Positions 11,855 through 22,701 of a DNA stretch of 64,000 nt are shown here, piece after piece; positions within the stretch are counted from its first letter, which is position 1, and every line of letters starts with the position of its first letter. The position numbers were made by a program, and so were the translations under genes. Below the pieces are notes generated by a model. It did not search any database. It saw only the letters and a program-made list of their open reading frames with translations, and had not been told where the DNA came from. This DNA is from a cyanobacterium endosymbiont of Rhopalodia gibba (GTDB taxonomy: Bacteria; Cyanobacteriota; Cyanobacteriia; Cyanobacteriales; Microcystaceae), in the NCBI GenBank assembly GCA_045159875.1, contig CP067995.1, positions 1,344,001-1,408,000 of the forward strand, given 5' to 3'.

Positions 11855-12760
11855 ATTACAATTCGTTTTCTCATGTGCTCTCCCGACCATTATGGCGTAG
11901 ATTACGTTACTAATCCATGGATGGAAGGGAATATTCATAAATAAAACCGGTGATGTGCAACAGTGGCAGAACCTCTATCAAATCATCAAAGAGCTGGCAA
12001 TCGTCAATCTGATAACTCCCGAAAAAGGTCAGCTAGATATGGTATTTACCGCTAATTCTGGGTTGGTTTGAGGGGACAATGACAACGTTGTCCTAAGCCG
12101 ATTTTAACACAACAAACGCAAAAAAAAGAACTCTTCTTCAAAAAATGGTTCGAGGAGAATGGTTTCACCGTCAAACGTCTCACAGATTTTATTTTTGAGG
12201 TTATACAAGCCTCTTTGACAGAATTTCTTAAAGCGGGGGCGGCTAAATGTTTGACCCTAAGAGTGTCAGAATTGTCCTCAACTACGTTTACGCTAACTAA
12301 CTTATTGAAAACTGTATTATCCAACTGCAATGTTATCTTTTCGATACAGGGGTGATTAATAACGCCATCGACAAAATTGTAGAAAATTGGGGCAGGTTTA
12401 AGATTTTAAACTTTAATTTAGGAGTCGAACACTGAATTTTAAAGACATTAAATACGGGGCAAAAGTAATAAAGTTAAAGTAAACTCAGATGATGCAGTAA
12501 TTTTTACTTTTTACACTTTTTTGGGGAAAATACGATAGTTGTTCACGATATTAAACAAGCTGGTAACTCCTTTAATGGTTGATATAAAACGGGTAGTTAC
12601 TGTAAGTAAAGAACATCGATGTTACATTCCACTGGAGTTGGTAAAATGACTCCAGCAGGGGTAAAAAAGGTTTCGTGTGGAGGTTAGTTAGTCCTGCTGT
12701 AGTGACTTAATTGTCTGATAGCGGTTCCGTAGTCTCAGTAAATATCCTCACTAAGGATAA
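11855..12760 (+). pseudogene. argZ: Arginine dihydrolase/ornithine cyclodeaminase ArgZ (AgrE) pseudogene
   Basis: In order: IRFLMCSPDHYGVDYVTNPWMEGNIHK, DMVFTANSGLV, WFEENGFTV, LTEFLKAG(G)AAKCLTLRV, DTGVINNAIDKIVE..FKILNFNLG and MLHSTGVGKMTPAGVK..PAVVT*LSDSGSV. These are N-terminal, middle and C-terminal ArgZ motifs compressed into about 0.9 kb with stops and frameshifts. Confidence 0.9.
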
Positions 12761-13205
12761 AGAGTCAATCTATATTTTAATTAACATTTCATATAAGTAT
12801 AATTACTTTTTATAAAAAAATTAATTCTAAAAAAATAGGGCTTTAAACTCAGATTATTTCTTATTTTTAGATAAATTATAGTTGGCTTAGTATATAAAAA
12901 ATATTATATTTATAATAGGCAATATATATTTGTTTGATATGATTTTTTTAAAAACTCCTATATTAAAATATATTGAAGTTTTAAAGAATCACTCTAATAT
13001 GAATTTACTATTATTTAATATTTAATGTAGAAAATAAATGAAAATTATCTGATTAAGTATGATTATTTAACAGTAAAAATAAAAATATTAGCAATACAAC
13101 TGCGGAATAAAAAGTAAATAGAATTCTTATCTAAAGCTATTCTATTTTTTAAAAAAATTAATAATAATTAATTTTTAATTTTTTCTTTAGATAGCTAAAA
13201 ATTAC

Positions 13206-13243
13206 AAATAAGTCTATTTACGCCAAGGTAAATAGACTTATTT
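13206..13243. repeat. Perfect 16-bp inverted repeat in an AT-rich desert
   Basis: AAATAAGTCTATTTAC-GCCAAG-GTAAATAGACTTATTT. Confidence 0.8.
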
Positions 13244-13671
13244 ATTTCGAATTAACTTAGTTATATCTGATCTTAGAAAGAGCCCCTTAAATATAGTTAA
13301 AAAATCCAATTATAATGGCACAAAATTAGATATTAGCAAGTATTAATAGAAGAATGGACTGGTTTTTTTACAAAAGACAAGCGGTTTTAATCATATTAAT
13401 CAAAAAAAAATTCTAGTTATCTTATTGCAATAACTTACTTATTAATCGATTCAACGGAAAAAATAAGTGTTCTAAGATTTTGTCGTATTTTTTATACAGG
13501 GATAATTAATGTAAATTGAAAAAATTTATCTCTAATTTAATCATTAAATAATGATTCATGATTGACATTATATAAAAAGATAAAAGACGAATTAAGTTTT
13601 AATTAAAATATTAAATTTTATAAAGTTACATATTAATACAAGAATATCGATAAAATTGCAAAATTTTGTAG

Positions 13672-13707
13672 TTAAAAACACTATAGTAATGATTATAGTG
13701 TTTTTAA
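13672..13707. repeat. 14-bp inverted repeat in an AT-rich desert
   Basis: TTAAAAACACTATA-GTAATGAT-TATAGTGTTTTTAA. Confidence 0.7.
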
Positions 13708-14072
13708 TAAAGTAAAAATTTTAACAAATTTGTATGGACTATTAGTAAACCTTGAGTATTATCCATCCATGAACTAAAACAGCGTTAAACTGAAAAAGCG
13801 TTGGTCTAGTTCAATAAAAAAATGTCTAATTCACCAAAAACTAAAATTAGTACAATCAGGAATCGTTTTTAGATTCAATCAAGATTGTTGAAATCTTGTG
13901 GTGTCAACTACCTCAGTTAAGTTTAACCACCCTATCACCGTGTCACTGCATAAATTCATCAGTCTGTTACCCTCCGACCCTTTCCAACTCGATCCTAAAA
14001 TGCGATAAAGTTAGCAGGATGAAACGTTTATTTTGAAACTGAAGTCCATTTTAATCAGGAGATTCAAATAAG

Positions 14073-14189
14073 ATGCTAATCGTAAAAATTGCAGTTTATA
14101 TAGTCGTTGCTTTATTCATTTCTCTGTTTGTCTTTGGCTTTCTATCGAGTGATCCAACTCGTAACCCTGGACGGAAAGATTTCGAGTAA
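14073..14189 (+). CDS. psbI: Photosystem II reaction centre protein I (38 aa, not in the ORF track)
   Basis: Translates to [38 protein letters not shown], the canonical PsbI length with the FGFLSxDPxRNPGRK motif. RBS AGGAG at 14057-14061. Confidence 0.95.
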   Translation: MLIVKIAVYIVVALFISLFVFGFLSSDPTRNPGRKDFE

Positions 14190-14319
14190 GCATAATTTGA
14201 CTGTGTTAACTTAGGTGATTAAGACGACAGGGGCGAGGTACGGCTCGTCCCGAGCGTTCTTCTGCTGAGTCACGCTGCAGGTAGCAATTGACCCCTTAAG
14301 CTTGATTTTTATCGAAAAG

Positions 14320-16854
14320 ATGCCTCCATTCGTTCCGCCACCTAATCCGCCCGCGTTAATCCAACCTATAGCCCTTGAATCTGAAGGCAATTGCCTTGAG
14401 ATTCTGACTGAAGGATTGTCCACTCACACCCTCCTTGGGAAACGTCCCCCCCTTATTTCTCAGCTCCCAATTTTGATGCTCGAACCTCCACCATTGGAGT
14501 TCTCTGAAAAAATACCAGCGACAAAACCCCCTGGAGTTATTGAATTTTATCTGTCTGACCCCAAAGAGATTACCACTAAGTCTTTACTCCCTAATTCTTC
14601 ATCTGAAGACAATAATGCTAGGGCATTAGGGGGTCCAATTTCTGTCGGTCAACCATCTTCAACAAAGAGCACATTAACAGCGATTAATCCAGTTTCTAAC
14701 CTGGTATTTGGGCTAAATCGAAGTCATGACAGCCTCTCAAATACAGTCCATCGTCTCGTTACTCGTAAACGAGGAGGGCCAATACGAGAATTCAGAATTC
14801 TAACTTCTTCTACACCGAAAGGACAAGAAACCTCTATAAGTCAACAAACATTGGAAATTATTCCTGAATCCTCACCGGGGCTAGATACCGCTTCAATCCC
14901 AGAAGAAGCCATAGGGGTAGTAGAATTGATTGCTGATCGTCAAGAATATGATTCTACACAAGAGGTAGTCTACGCCGAAGGTAATGTGATCATGCGTTTT
15001 GCTAATGGGGTTCTATTAGCAAAGCGCCTGCGCGTTAATCTCCCCGATCAATTTGTTGTCGCCGAGGGAGAAGTTGTACTTGAACGAGGAGAACAAACCC
15101 TACGTGGAGAAAAGTTTGAGTATTATTTTGTGCAGGATCAAGGTGTGGTCTTCAACGCCAATGGGGAGATTTATCAACCTACAACAGGAAAAGACTTTTC
15201 TCCAAGATTACCCAACGATTCTACTAACGATCTTATTCCCAACCAAACTTTAAATGAACGCCTAGCGGTCAATCAACCTCTACAACGAATCACTACTACT
15301 CAAGGGTTTCGTTTCGGAACTTCTTTTGATTTTGGAAAGGAAGGCTTAGGCCTAGGAAGTAATGTTCCTAATCTACCGGCGACCCAAGTGCCGCCTAAAG
15401 GAGGACCAATCAATCGCATTCGCTTCCAGGCCGAACGAATGGAATTTGATGGAGATGGATGGAGTGCCACGAATGCTCGTTTAACTAATGATCCTTTCTC
15501 CCCCCCTGAGTTAGAAATTCGAGCAGAAACAGCAACATTTCGCAATATTGCCCCCTTGGTAGATGAGGTGAAATTGACTAACTCACGAGTGGTGCTTGAT
15601 CAGACAAATTCCTTTCCCACCCAAGATAGGTTAATTTTAGATCGGCGTGATCGCCAACCTGGGGTAATTTCTTTTGGCTATGATGACCGTGATCGCGGAG
15701 GATTATATGTGGAACGAGGCTTTAATCTAGTTGATAATGATACGGTCAGTTGGGAACTTAAGCCTCAATATTATATCCAAAAAGGATTATTTCCCGACAG
15801 TATTACTACAGATAATCCCAATACTGATCTATTTGACGCAGACACAGACGACATTGATGCTATTAGTCCCCCAACATTCGGACTTATCAACAGAGTTGAG
15901 GCTAACTTTAGTGAGAACACTAAATTATTTTCCCGAACCTCACTGACGAGTCTAGATTTTAATAACCGCACTGAAGAACATATCCGAACGAAAACCTATT
16001 TTGAACAGAAAGTTCCCTTGTTCAGTATGGATAATGATTTGCGGTTTGAATATAATTATCGTGAACGTCTTTTTAATGGCTCCTTGGGTTTCCAAACTGT
16101 CCGGGATAGTTTAGGGTTGCTTTTCGTGTCTCCTCAAATTCCTCTCGATAAGAAAGGGTTACTACTGCTGAGTTATCAAGCATCTCTGCAAAATGTCAAT
16201 GCTGACACAGATAAACCAGAGTTACTCGCCCCAATTCGAGAAAATAATCGTGTTACTCTCTTTCGTACCCAAGGAGCCGCATCGGTAAGCCGACCTTTTA
16301 TGTTGTGGGTGGGGAAAGCCCTCCCCCCAACTTCTAGAGAAGGGCTGCGTTACACTTCTACTCCTGTGCTACCTTTTGTTCAGCTTTCCACCAGTGTAAC
16401 AGGAGTGGCCAGTCTCTATGGTAATGGTGATTCTCAACCTTCGATTTCAGGCAGTATTGGAGTCTCAGGACAATTAGGCAATTTTTCCCGCCCCTTTTTC
16501 GATTATACAGGGTTTAATCTTTCCTTTAGTCAGGCATTGCGTGGAGATCCTTCTCCATTTTTATTTGATCGTTTTGCCGACCTTAAAACCATCTCTTGGG
16601 CATTAACCCAACAGCTGTATGGACCTGTACGCTTTGGGGTTCAAAGCGCCTTAAATATCGATACTGATGATGAAATTAACACGGATTTATTCCTTGAATA
16701 TAGTCGCCGTACCTATAATATTCTCCTGCGTTACAATAGCCGTCTTCAAGTAGGTTCTATCAGCTTACGAATTAGCGACTTTAATTGGAGTGGTGATCCA
16801 GGTCCATTTGATGGGACGGGAATTCGTCCAGTTATTCAAGGAGTTCCCCGCTAA
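14320..16854 (+). CDS. DUF3769 / LptD(OstA)-like outer-membrane protein
   Basis: OstA-like ELIADRQEYD..VYAEGNV, TNDPFSPPELEIRA and YNYRERLFNGSLGFQTV motifs and a beta-rich C-terminus. Typical psbI neighbour. ATG 14320 (MPPFVPPP) is preferred over TTG 14302. Confidence 0.85.
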   Translation: MPPFVPPPNPPALIQPIALESEGNCLEILTEGLSTHTLLGKRPPLISQLPILMLEPPPLEFSEKIPATKPPGVIEFYLSDPKEITTKSLLPNSSSEDNNARALGGPISVGQPSSTKSTLTAINPVSNLVFGLNRSHDSLSNTVHRLVTRKRGGPIREFRILTSSTPKGQETSISQQTLEIIPESSPGLDTASIPEEAIGVVELIADRQEYDSTQEVVYAEGNVIMRFANGVLLAKRLRVNLPDQFVVAEGEVVLERGEQTLRGEKFEYYFVQDQGVVFNANGEIYQPTTGKDFSPRLPNDSTNDLIPNQTLNERLAVNQPLQRITTTQGFRFGTSFDFGKEGLGLGSNVPNLPATQVPPKGGPINRIRFQAERMEFDGDGWSATNARLTNDPFSPPELEIRAETATFRNIAPLVDEVKLTNSRVVLDQTNSFPTQDRLILDRRDRQPGVISFGYDDRDRGGLYVERGFNLVDNDTVSWELKPQYYIQKGLFPDSITTDNPNTDLFDADTDDIDAISPPTFGLINRVEANFSENTKLFSRTSLTSLDFNNRTEEHIRTKTYFEQKVPLFSMDNDLRFEYNYRERLFNGSLGFQTVRDSLGLLFVSPQIPLDKKGLLLLSYQASLQNVNADTDKPELLAPIRENNRVTLFRTQGAASVSRPFMLWVGKALPPTSREGLRYTSTPVLPFVQLSTSVTGVASLYGNGDSQPSISGSIGVSGQLGNFSRPFFDYTGFNLSFSQALRGDPSPFLFDRFADLKTISWALTQQLYGPVRFGVQSALNIDTDDEINTDLFLEYSRRTYNILLRYNSRLQVGSISLRISDFNWSGDPGPFDGTGIRPVIQGVPR

Positions 16855-17126
16855 TATTTTTGATCTTTAGTGTATTTATGATGCTCAAAAAGTTTTGTCC
16901 TGATATTTTTCTAGAGGTGTTGTGTCAAAATCAAATTATGCTAAGCCTACCATCTCAACTTAATTTATAGCTATGATATAAAACTTTCAACTAAGTTTAA
17001 TCAATGTAATCTAATTAAATTCTAACCTTAGAAAGACTCAACATTACCGATTATCAGATTTTAAATAAGATAGGATCGGGATTAGTATTAATATGTATAT
17101 GAGTCACGATCTAAGATTGAGATACC

Positions 17127-17155
17127 CAGGGTAGTGGGCAATGCCCACTACCCTG
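17127..17155. terminator. Perfect 13-bp GC-rich hairpin (REP-like/terminator) at the 3' end of the sigma factor gene
   Basis: CAGGGTAGTGGGC-AAT-GCCCACTACCCTG between convergent genes, 10 nt past the sigma factor stop. Confidence 0.65.
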
Positions 17156-17164
17156 CTATGCTAT

Positions 17165-18049
17165 TCATCCTGTTAATTCTTGAAAGGGAACAGCTTTCCG
17201 TTTTAAAGTTCTCATGGCTCGATTGTTTAATTGTCGTACTCTTTCATGGCTTAACCCGCATTGTTGTCCAATTTCTTTATAACTCATTCGTCTTCCATTT
17301 TGTAAACCATAACGTAAAGTAATAATTTCTCTTTGACTAGGAGATAAGTTGTTTAATAATTCACCAATTTTTGATTCAAGTTCTTGTTTATTTACAAAAT
17401 TATTTGGTGATCTTGTTTCATCGGGTAGAATATCCTCTAATTCTGTATTATGTTCGTTTAAAACAATGTTTAAACTACAAGAATTCGTTTTATAAGCAGC
17501 TTGGCTGATAGTTCGTAATTTCTCTAGAGGAATTTCTAGCTTTTGAGCAATTTCTTCTTCGGTAGGTTTCCGTCCTAATTCGACGAAAAGTTCCCGCAGT
17601 GTTTTCTTACTCTTATTGAGACTATCGATTACATGAATGGGAAGACGAATCGTTCGTGCTTGTTGAGCAATCGCTCGTGTAATAGCTTGACGAATCCACC
17701 AATAAGCATAGGTAGAAAACTTATAACCCCGATCAGGATCAAATTTTTCAACCCCTTGTATTAATCCAATACTTCCTTCTTGAACTAAATCTAATAAAGG
17801 TAATCCACGGTTTTGATATTTTTTAGCGATGGAAACCACTAAACGTAAGTTGGCTTTAACCATTTTTTGCTTAGCTTGTTCTCCTCGCTTGACTGTTTTT
17901 TGTTCTTCCGTAGTTAATTTTTCTTGATCTAAAAAACACACCATTTCTTTGACCTGAGAAGCAAGTTTAAATTCCTCTTCAGGACCTAGCAAAGGAGTTC
18001 GTCCAATTTCTTGCAAATAGATACGGATGCTGTCAATTGATTTAGCCAT
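17165..18049 (-). CDS. Group 2 RpoD/SigA-family RNA polymerase sigma factor
   Basis: Region 1.2 [16 protein letters not shown], region 2 [39 protein letters not shown] and a region 4 HTH. 294 aa with no region 1.1. Confidence 0.92.
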   Translation of the reverse strand: MAKSIDSIRIYLQEIGRTPLLGPEEEFKLASQVKEMVCFLDQEKLTTEEQKTVKRGEQAKQKMVKANLRLVVSIAKKYQNRGLPLLDLVQEGSIGLIQGVEKFDPDRGYKFSTYAYWWIRQAITRAIAQQARTIRLPIHVIDSLNKSKKTLRELFVELGRKPTEEEIAQKLEIPLEKLRTISQAAYKTNSCSLNIVLNEHNTELEDILPDETRSPNNFVNKQELESKIGELLNNLSPSQREIITLRYGLQNGRRMSYKEIGQQCGLSHERVRQLNNRAMRTLKRKAVPFQELTG

Positions 18050-18533
18050 TTTATGCTTAGTTTAGTTAGGATACGTCAGAAAATATTAAGTCTGATACCT
18101 GGGGATTCTGTTTAATTCTGGAGACTAAGGGAATTTCTATTTTCCTAGCTGAATACTTGATAATAATATAGATTTTCTTGAGTCACTTCAAATCGGTTTT
18201 CCATTTCCAATCTATTTTTGAGTAATGTTTATCTCGACGATTAACGATTCAATTCAAAGATTTAAATCAAGCTTTTGGGGTAACTGCTCGGCCTTACGTT
18301 AACTTAATTCTCGCGTTAACCTAACGACATATATATAACTTATCAAATTTTTTATATTTTGTACAGGAGTCAAAGACAATCTACTATATTTTTGTCTAAA
18401 CATCATCTGTTTAAAAAACAGAAATAAAGTTATTTTAAAATATTTGCCAAACAAAAGATAGCTTTTAGAAAGACACAATATAAACAACTTTTATTGACTC
18501 TACCAAAAAGTAGAAGTTAGATTGCATTTTCCC

Positions 18534-19313
18534 TTATTGAAACCGGATTAGTTGAATCAGATAACGTTGTTTTTTAGTAATAGCAACTTCTCCAACTTCC
18601 AAACGACCTTTACCTCGGACAGTAATTAAATCCCCAGATTCAACAGTATGGCTTGCCTGAGTAATGTCTTTCCAATTAACTCGTACATCTCCCGAATTAA
18701 TTGCATTAGCCATTTTACTACGAGAAATTCCAAACCCTGCTGAGGCGATCGCATCTAAGCGCATAGATGCTTCTACAGTGGTCATTTTCTTGGTTTTGGG
18801 AGAATGAATTTTTAATTCACTTAATGTTATTAACTGGGTTTTCACCGGAACTGAACGCACCTGAGTAAGGGAAATTTCAAGAAATTCTGCAATTTCAGGA
18901 ACTACTATTACCTGCGCCCCCCGTTCTCCTAGTACTAGGATATCTCCAATCTTTTCGCGAACAATTCCTGTTCCTGAAATCGCCCCTAAGAAATCTCGAT
19001 GGTTAGCAGGATCAAATAAAAAGTTTCCAGCAATACACAGAGCAGTTAGTGGAATCTCGGAAGCATCCAGAGAAATTTCAGGACGAGCTATACCCACTCG
19101 TTGCTGTTCTGCCTGAGGATAGCCTCCCCACGCCACAATTCTGACTTCAGTTAATCTTTCAAATAGTCCTTGAACTTCAGCGATGACAGGAGGACAAAGA
19201 AAGTCACTGACTACGATTTCCCAAGTTTTTAAGGCTATTTCCGCTTGATCAACAATACGGGTAATCGCTTCTCGATTTTGAATTCCTTTTAATAACTTTT
19301 CTCTGGGTAACAT
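18534..19313 (-). CDS. YlmH/Sll1252-like photosystem II S4-domain RNA-binding protein
   Basis: WGGYPQAE, GNFLFDPANHRDFLGA and a C-terminal S4 domain ASMRLDAIASAGFGISRSK. Confidence 0.9.
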   Translation of the reverse strand: MLPREKLLKGIQNREAITRIVDQAEIALKTWEIVVSDFLCPPVIAEVQGLFERLTEVRIVAWGGYPQAEQQRVGIARPEISLDASEIPLTALCIAGNFLFDPANHRDFLGAISGTGIVREKIGDILVLGERGAQVIVVPEIAEFLEISLTQVRSVPVKTQLITLSELKIHSPKTKKMTTVEASMRLDAIASAGFGISRSKMANAINSGDVRVNWKDITQASHTVESGDLITVRGKGRLEVGEVAITKKQRYLIQLIRFQ

Positions 19314-19389
19314 AAACTATTCACTATAGTAGCTATATCCTTAGAATTACATTTTTCTAGAATTTTGGTAGACTTATTTCTGAGTAATT

Positions 19390-19820
19390 AAAGACCTTTA
19401 ACCCCAAATAATATACCTACCCTAATTCAATCGATTACGATACTGCAGAACGTCTCCGCTGACAATGGATAAGCGTAAACCCAACCCCACAAGAAACCTT
19501 ACCCGTTACCCTATTTGTTCCAGCCGCAACTCCTCCCAAAATGGAACTAGCTGGTCTTCTAGTCCATCCAAAGATATCCACTTCAGTAATAAACCAAAAC
19601 CTATCTTCCCTGAAAAAACCGAAGATATCTAACCAATATGCCATCATAATCGCTTGTTCTTTGACTTTCTGATTGGTATCAATAACATCAATTCATCGAC
19701 AGTTTTATCTCTTTTTCCCAAAAGAACAATTTAATTAAAAGGAATGCTAGTTTTCTCGATAGCTGTATAGGTCTCTCCGGCTTTAATCTAACCTGATACA
19801 ACAACAACAGGATAGTCCAC
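19390..19820 (-). pseudogene. Pseudogene of a conserved cyanobacterial membrane protein
   Basis: Across frames: VDYPVVVVSG*IKAGETYTAIEK..LLGKRDKTVDE..IDTNQKVKEQAIMMAYWL..SGDVLQYRNRLN. This resembles a family with MNYLVAVLSDRIKAEEAY...SGDALPYRNRLN. The 19435 ORF is a fragment of it. Confidence 0.65.
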
Positions 19821-19875
19821 GATTAATGTAAGACCTAGTCAAAAATAAAGTTAACAAATATAGAACAAATCTAAA

Positions 19876-20856
19876 TTATGAAAAAATAATTTGAGAACCT
19901 GGGACATTGATTTTGACTGAAAGTATCTCATGGTGGGTAAAAGTTTGCTTTAGGTTTTCATGTGATTCTGGAGGCGCAAAAAACAACATAAACCCTCCTG
20001 CCCCTGCCCCTAATAGTTTACCACCCCAAGCCCCCGATTCTCGACCTAATTTATAAAGATTATCAATTTCTGGGTTAGAAATTATAGTATCTAAACTGCG
20101 TTTGGCTATCCATGCCTGATGTAGTAATTCTCCAAAAGCTGATAAGGGTTGATTAGTAGTTAAAATATCCCATCCTTGGTCGACCATTTTCCGCATTTTT
20201 TTAAGAATATCGGTATTATCATCGACCCGTTTTAACTGCTTAGCCACCACTTGAGATGCTTTGCGTTTGATTCCAGTAAAAACAATAAAAATATGAGATT
20301 CAAACTCCGCTAATCTTTGGGAAGATAGGGGAATTCTAGTGACAATTATATCTTCTTCAGTCCTAAACTCTACTAAGTTAAATCCCCCCATCGCTGCCAT
20401 TAATTGATCTTGACATCCTACACGATCTTTAACTAAATAGCGTTCTACATAAATGGCTTCATAAGCTAAATCTAATGGCTTTATAAATTCCCCTTTAAAA
20501 CTATGAAGTGCTTGGAGTAAGGATACGGTAAAAGCAGAAGAGGAACCTAACCCTGTAAACGCCGGTAAGTCAGCTACATTATGCAACTCAATATCCTTTT
20601 CTAAACCACAGAATTTTAAACATTGTTGATAAACATTATGCTCTAATTCATCAACAGTTTTAACCAATTCTACTTTTCGGTAAGACACCCGAATCAAATA
20701 ATCGAACAAATGACTAGGAAACGGAGTTGCTGTAACATAAGAGTACTTATCAATTGAAGTTGCTAATACTGCACCTCCATGCTGGAGAAAATACTCAGGA
20801 TAATCGGTTCCGCCGCCAAAAAAACTAATTCTAACTGGTGCGCGTGAAATTAGCAT
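19876..20856 (-). CDS. hddA: GHMP kinase, D-glycero-alpha-D-manno-heptose-7-phosphate kinase (HddA-like)
   Basis: RAPVRISFFGGGTD, DLPAFTGLGSSS, VGCQDQ and GGKLLGAGAGGF motifs. Overlaps the upstream nucleotidyltransferase by 7 nt. Confidence 0.8.
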   Translation of the reverse strand: MLISRAPVRISFFGGGTDYPEYFLQHGGAVLATSIDKYSYVTATPFPSHLFDYLIRVSYRKVELVKTVDELEHNVYQQCLKFCGLEKDIELHNVADLPAFTGLGSSSAFTVSLLQALHSFKGEFIKPLDLAYEAIYVERYLVKDRVGCQDQLMAAMGGFNLVEFRTEEDIIVTRIPLSSQRLAEFESHIFIVFTGIKRKASQVVAKQLKRVDDNTDILKKMRKMVDQGWDILTTNQPLSAFGELLHQAWIAKRSLDTIISNPEIDNLYKLGRESGAWGGKLLGAGAGGFMLFFAPPESHENLKQTFTHHEILSVKINVPGSQIIFS

Positions 20857-21584
20857 GGGTCAAGTAATTGGCTAAAGTTTTCTAGGATAAAAGCTTCTGC
20901 TTTGGGTAAAGCTTCAGGAGTTCCAATATCTAAAAATGGAGCTTTAATTTGATGAACTTTAATTAATTTTTTTTTCTTGAGTAGTGCCGGAAAAACATCA
21001 TATTCAAAACTTAGGGGAAATCTTGATGGAAACTTCTCTAAAACCTGATGACGAAATAAATAGACTCCGCCGTTAATAATTCCTGTCCCTTGGCGTTTTT
21101 CAGCAAAACTTATAAGATTTCCAAATTTATCAATCACTAAAGAACCATAACGAGAAGTGTCTTTTACAGATACTCCTAAAATCACTACATCAACTTCACA
21201 ATTATCTAAATAACTTATCATTTTGTTAAATTGTGCAACAATTAAAGAATCTCCATTCATCACCAACCAAGAATTAGAAGAAATGTTAATCTGCTCAACT
21301 GCATTAAGAAAACCGCCGGCAGTTCCTAATGGTTGCTTTTCCTTGCAACAATAAACCTCTATGCCTGGGACAGGCTGGTTTTGAAAATGTTCTTCAATTA
21401 CTTCTGATAAATAACCAGTTGAGAGAATATTTTGGGTGATTCCTTGAGATTTAAGATATCTTAAAATCCACTCTAGAAAAGGTTTATCAGCGACGGAAGC
21501 CATAGGTTTAGGAACGTTTAGAAGTAAGTGTTTAACTCGCGTTCCATACCCCCCTGCTAGAATAACTGATGTAATCTTTCTCAT
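20850..21584 (-). CDS. hddC: Sugar-phosphate nucleotidyltransferase (HddC-like heptose-1-P guanylyltransferase)
   Basis: LAGGYGTR, VPKPMA, PLGTAGG, NGDS, INGGVY, SFEYDVFP and FLDIGTPE motifs. Coupled to the HddA-like kinase. Confidence 0.72.
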   Translation of the reverse strand: MRKITSVILAGGYGTRVKHLLLNVPKPMASVADKPFLEWILRYLKSQGITQNILSTGYLSEVIEEHFQNQPVPGIEVYCCKEKQPLGTAGGFLNAVEQINISSNSWLVMNGDSLIVAQFNKMISYLDNCEVDVVILGVSVKDTSRYGSLVIDKFGNLISFAEKRQGTGIINGGVYLFRHQVLEKFPSRFPLSFEYDVFPALLKKKKLIKVHQIKAPFLDIGTPEALPKAEAFILENFSQLLDPC

Positions 21585-21612
21585 GCTTTAACTATTAACT
21601 GTCAACCATTAA

Positions 21613-22701
21613 CTAAATTACTCCACATTGTCCCTGTTGACGCAAGAGATGATCACATAAGACTACAGCAACCATTGATTCTACGATCGAAACAGCGCGA
21701 GGCAATACACAAGGATCATGTCTTCCTTTTGCGGCTAACGTGGTTTTTTGTCCTATTTTACTCACCGTTTTTTGCTCTTTTCCAATAGTTGCTGTGGGCT
21801 TAAAAGCTACTCTAATAATAATATTTTCTCCGTTACTAATTCCTCCTTGAATTCCGCCCGAACGGTTAGTAGTAGTGCGAATTTCTCCATTTCCATCGAT
21901 GTAAAATTCGTCATTATGTTCACTTCCAGTTAATAAGGTCCCGGAAAACCCTGAGCCGATTTCAAAACCTTTACTTGCTGGAAGAGACATCACTCCTTTT
22001 GCCAAATCTGCTTCTAACTTATCAAAAACAGGCTGTCCAAGTCCTTTAGGAACCTGACGCGCCACACACTCAACTACCCCACCGAGAGAATCCTTATTGC
22101 GTCGAGTTTGATTGATCAAATCAATCATTTTTTTTGCGGTTTCTTCATCAGGACAACGTACAATGTTATTTTCTACTTTTTCCCGTGTAACTGTTAACGG
22201 ATCAATGATTCCTTCTAAGTTTTTTATCCGCTTAACATAACCGACAATTTCCACATTTGCTACTTGTTTGAGAATTTTTTTTGCGATTGCCCCGGCGGCT
22301 ACTCGTCCAATGGTTTCTCTTGCTGAAGCTCTTCCTCCTCCTTGCCAGTTACGAATTCCATACTTCGCTTCGTAGGTGGCATCCGCATGGGAGGGACGAA
22401 ACTTCATGTCCATTTCATCATAATCTTGCGATCGCGCATCCTTGTTTCGAACTAGAATAGTAATGGGGGTTCCTAGGGTTTTTCCTTCAAAAACTCCTGA
22501 TATAATCTCACAGGTATCGGTTTCGTTCCGAGGGGTAGTAATCTTACTTTGGCCAGGACGACGACGATCCAGGTCAACCTGAACGTCAGCTTCGGATATT
22601 TCTAAGCGTGGAGGACAACCATCAATAACGACTCCAACCCCTCCACCGTGGGACTCGCCAAAGGTGGTGATGCGAAATAAGTGGCCGAAGATATTGCCCA
22701 T
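21613..22701 (-). CDS. aroC: Chorismate synthase
   Basis: [37 protein letters not shown] and GRHDPCV signatures. Confidence 0.98.
   Translation of the reverse strand: MGNIFGHLFRITTFGESHGGGVGVVIDGCPPRLEISEADVQVDLDRRRPGQSKITTPRNETDTCEIISGVFEGKTLGTPITILVRNKDARSQDYDEMDMKFRPSHADATYEAKYGIRNWQGGGRASARETIGRVAAGAIAKKILKQVANVEIVGYVKRIKNLEGIIDPLTVTREKVENNIVRCPDEETAKKMIDLINQTRRNKDSLGGVVECVARQVPKGLGQPVFDKLEADLAKGVMSLPASKGFEIGSGFSGTLLTGSEHNDEFYIDGNGEIRTTTNRSGGIQGGISNGENIIIRVAFKPTATIGKEQKTVSKIGQKTTLAAKGRHDPCVLPRAVSIVESMVAVVLCDHLLRQQGQCGVI

Noticed and set aside
12052..12330. 92-aa minus-strand ORF
   Set aside because: It is antisense to the argZ pseudogene.
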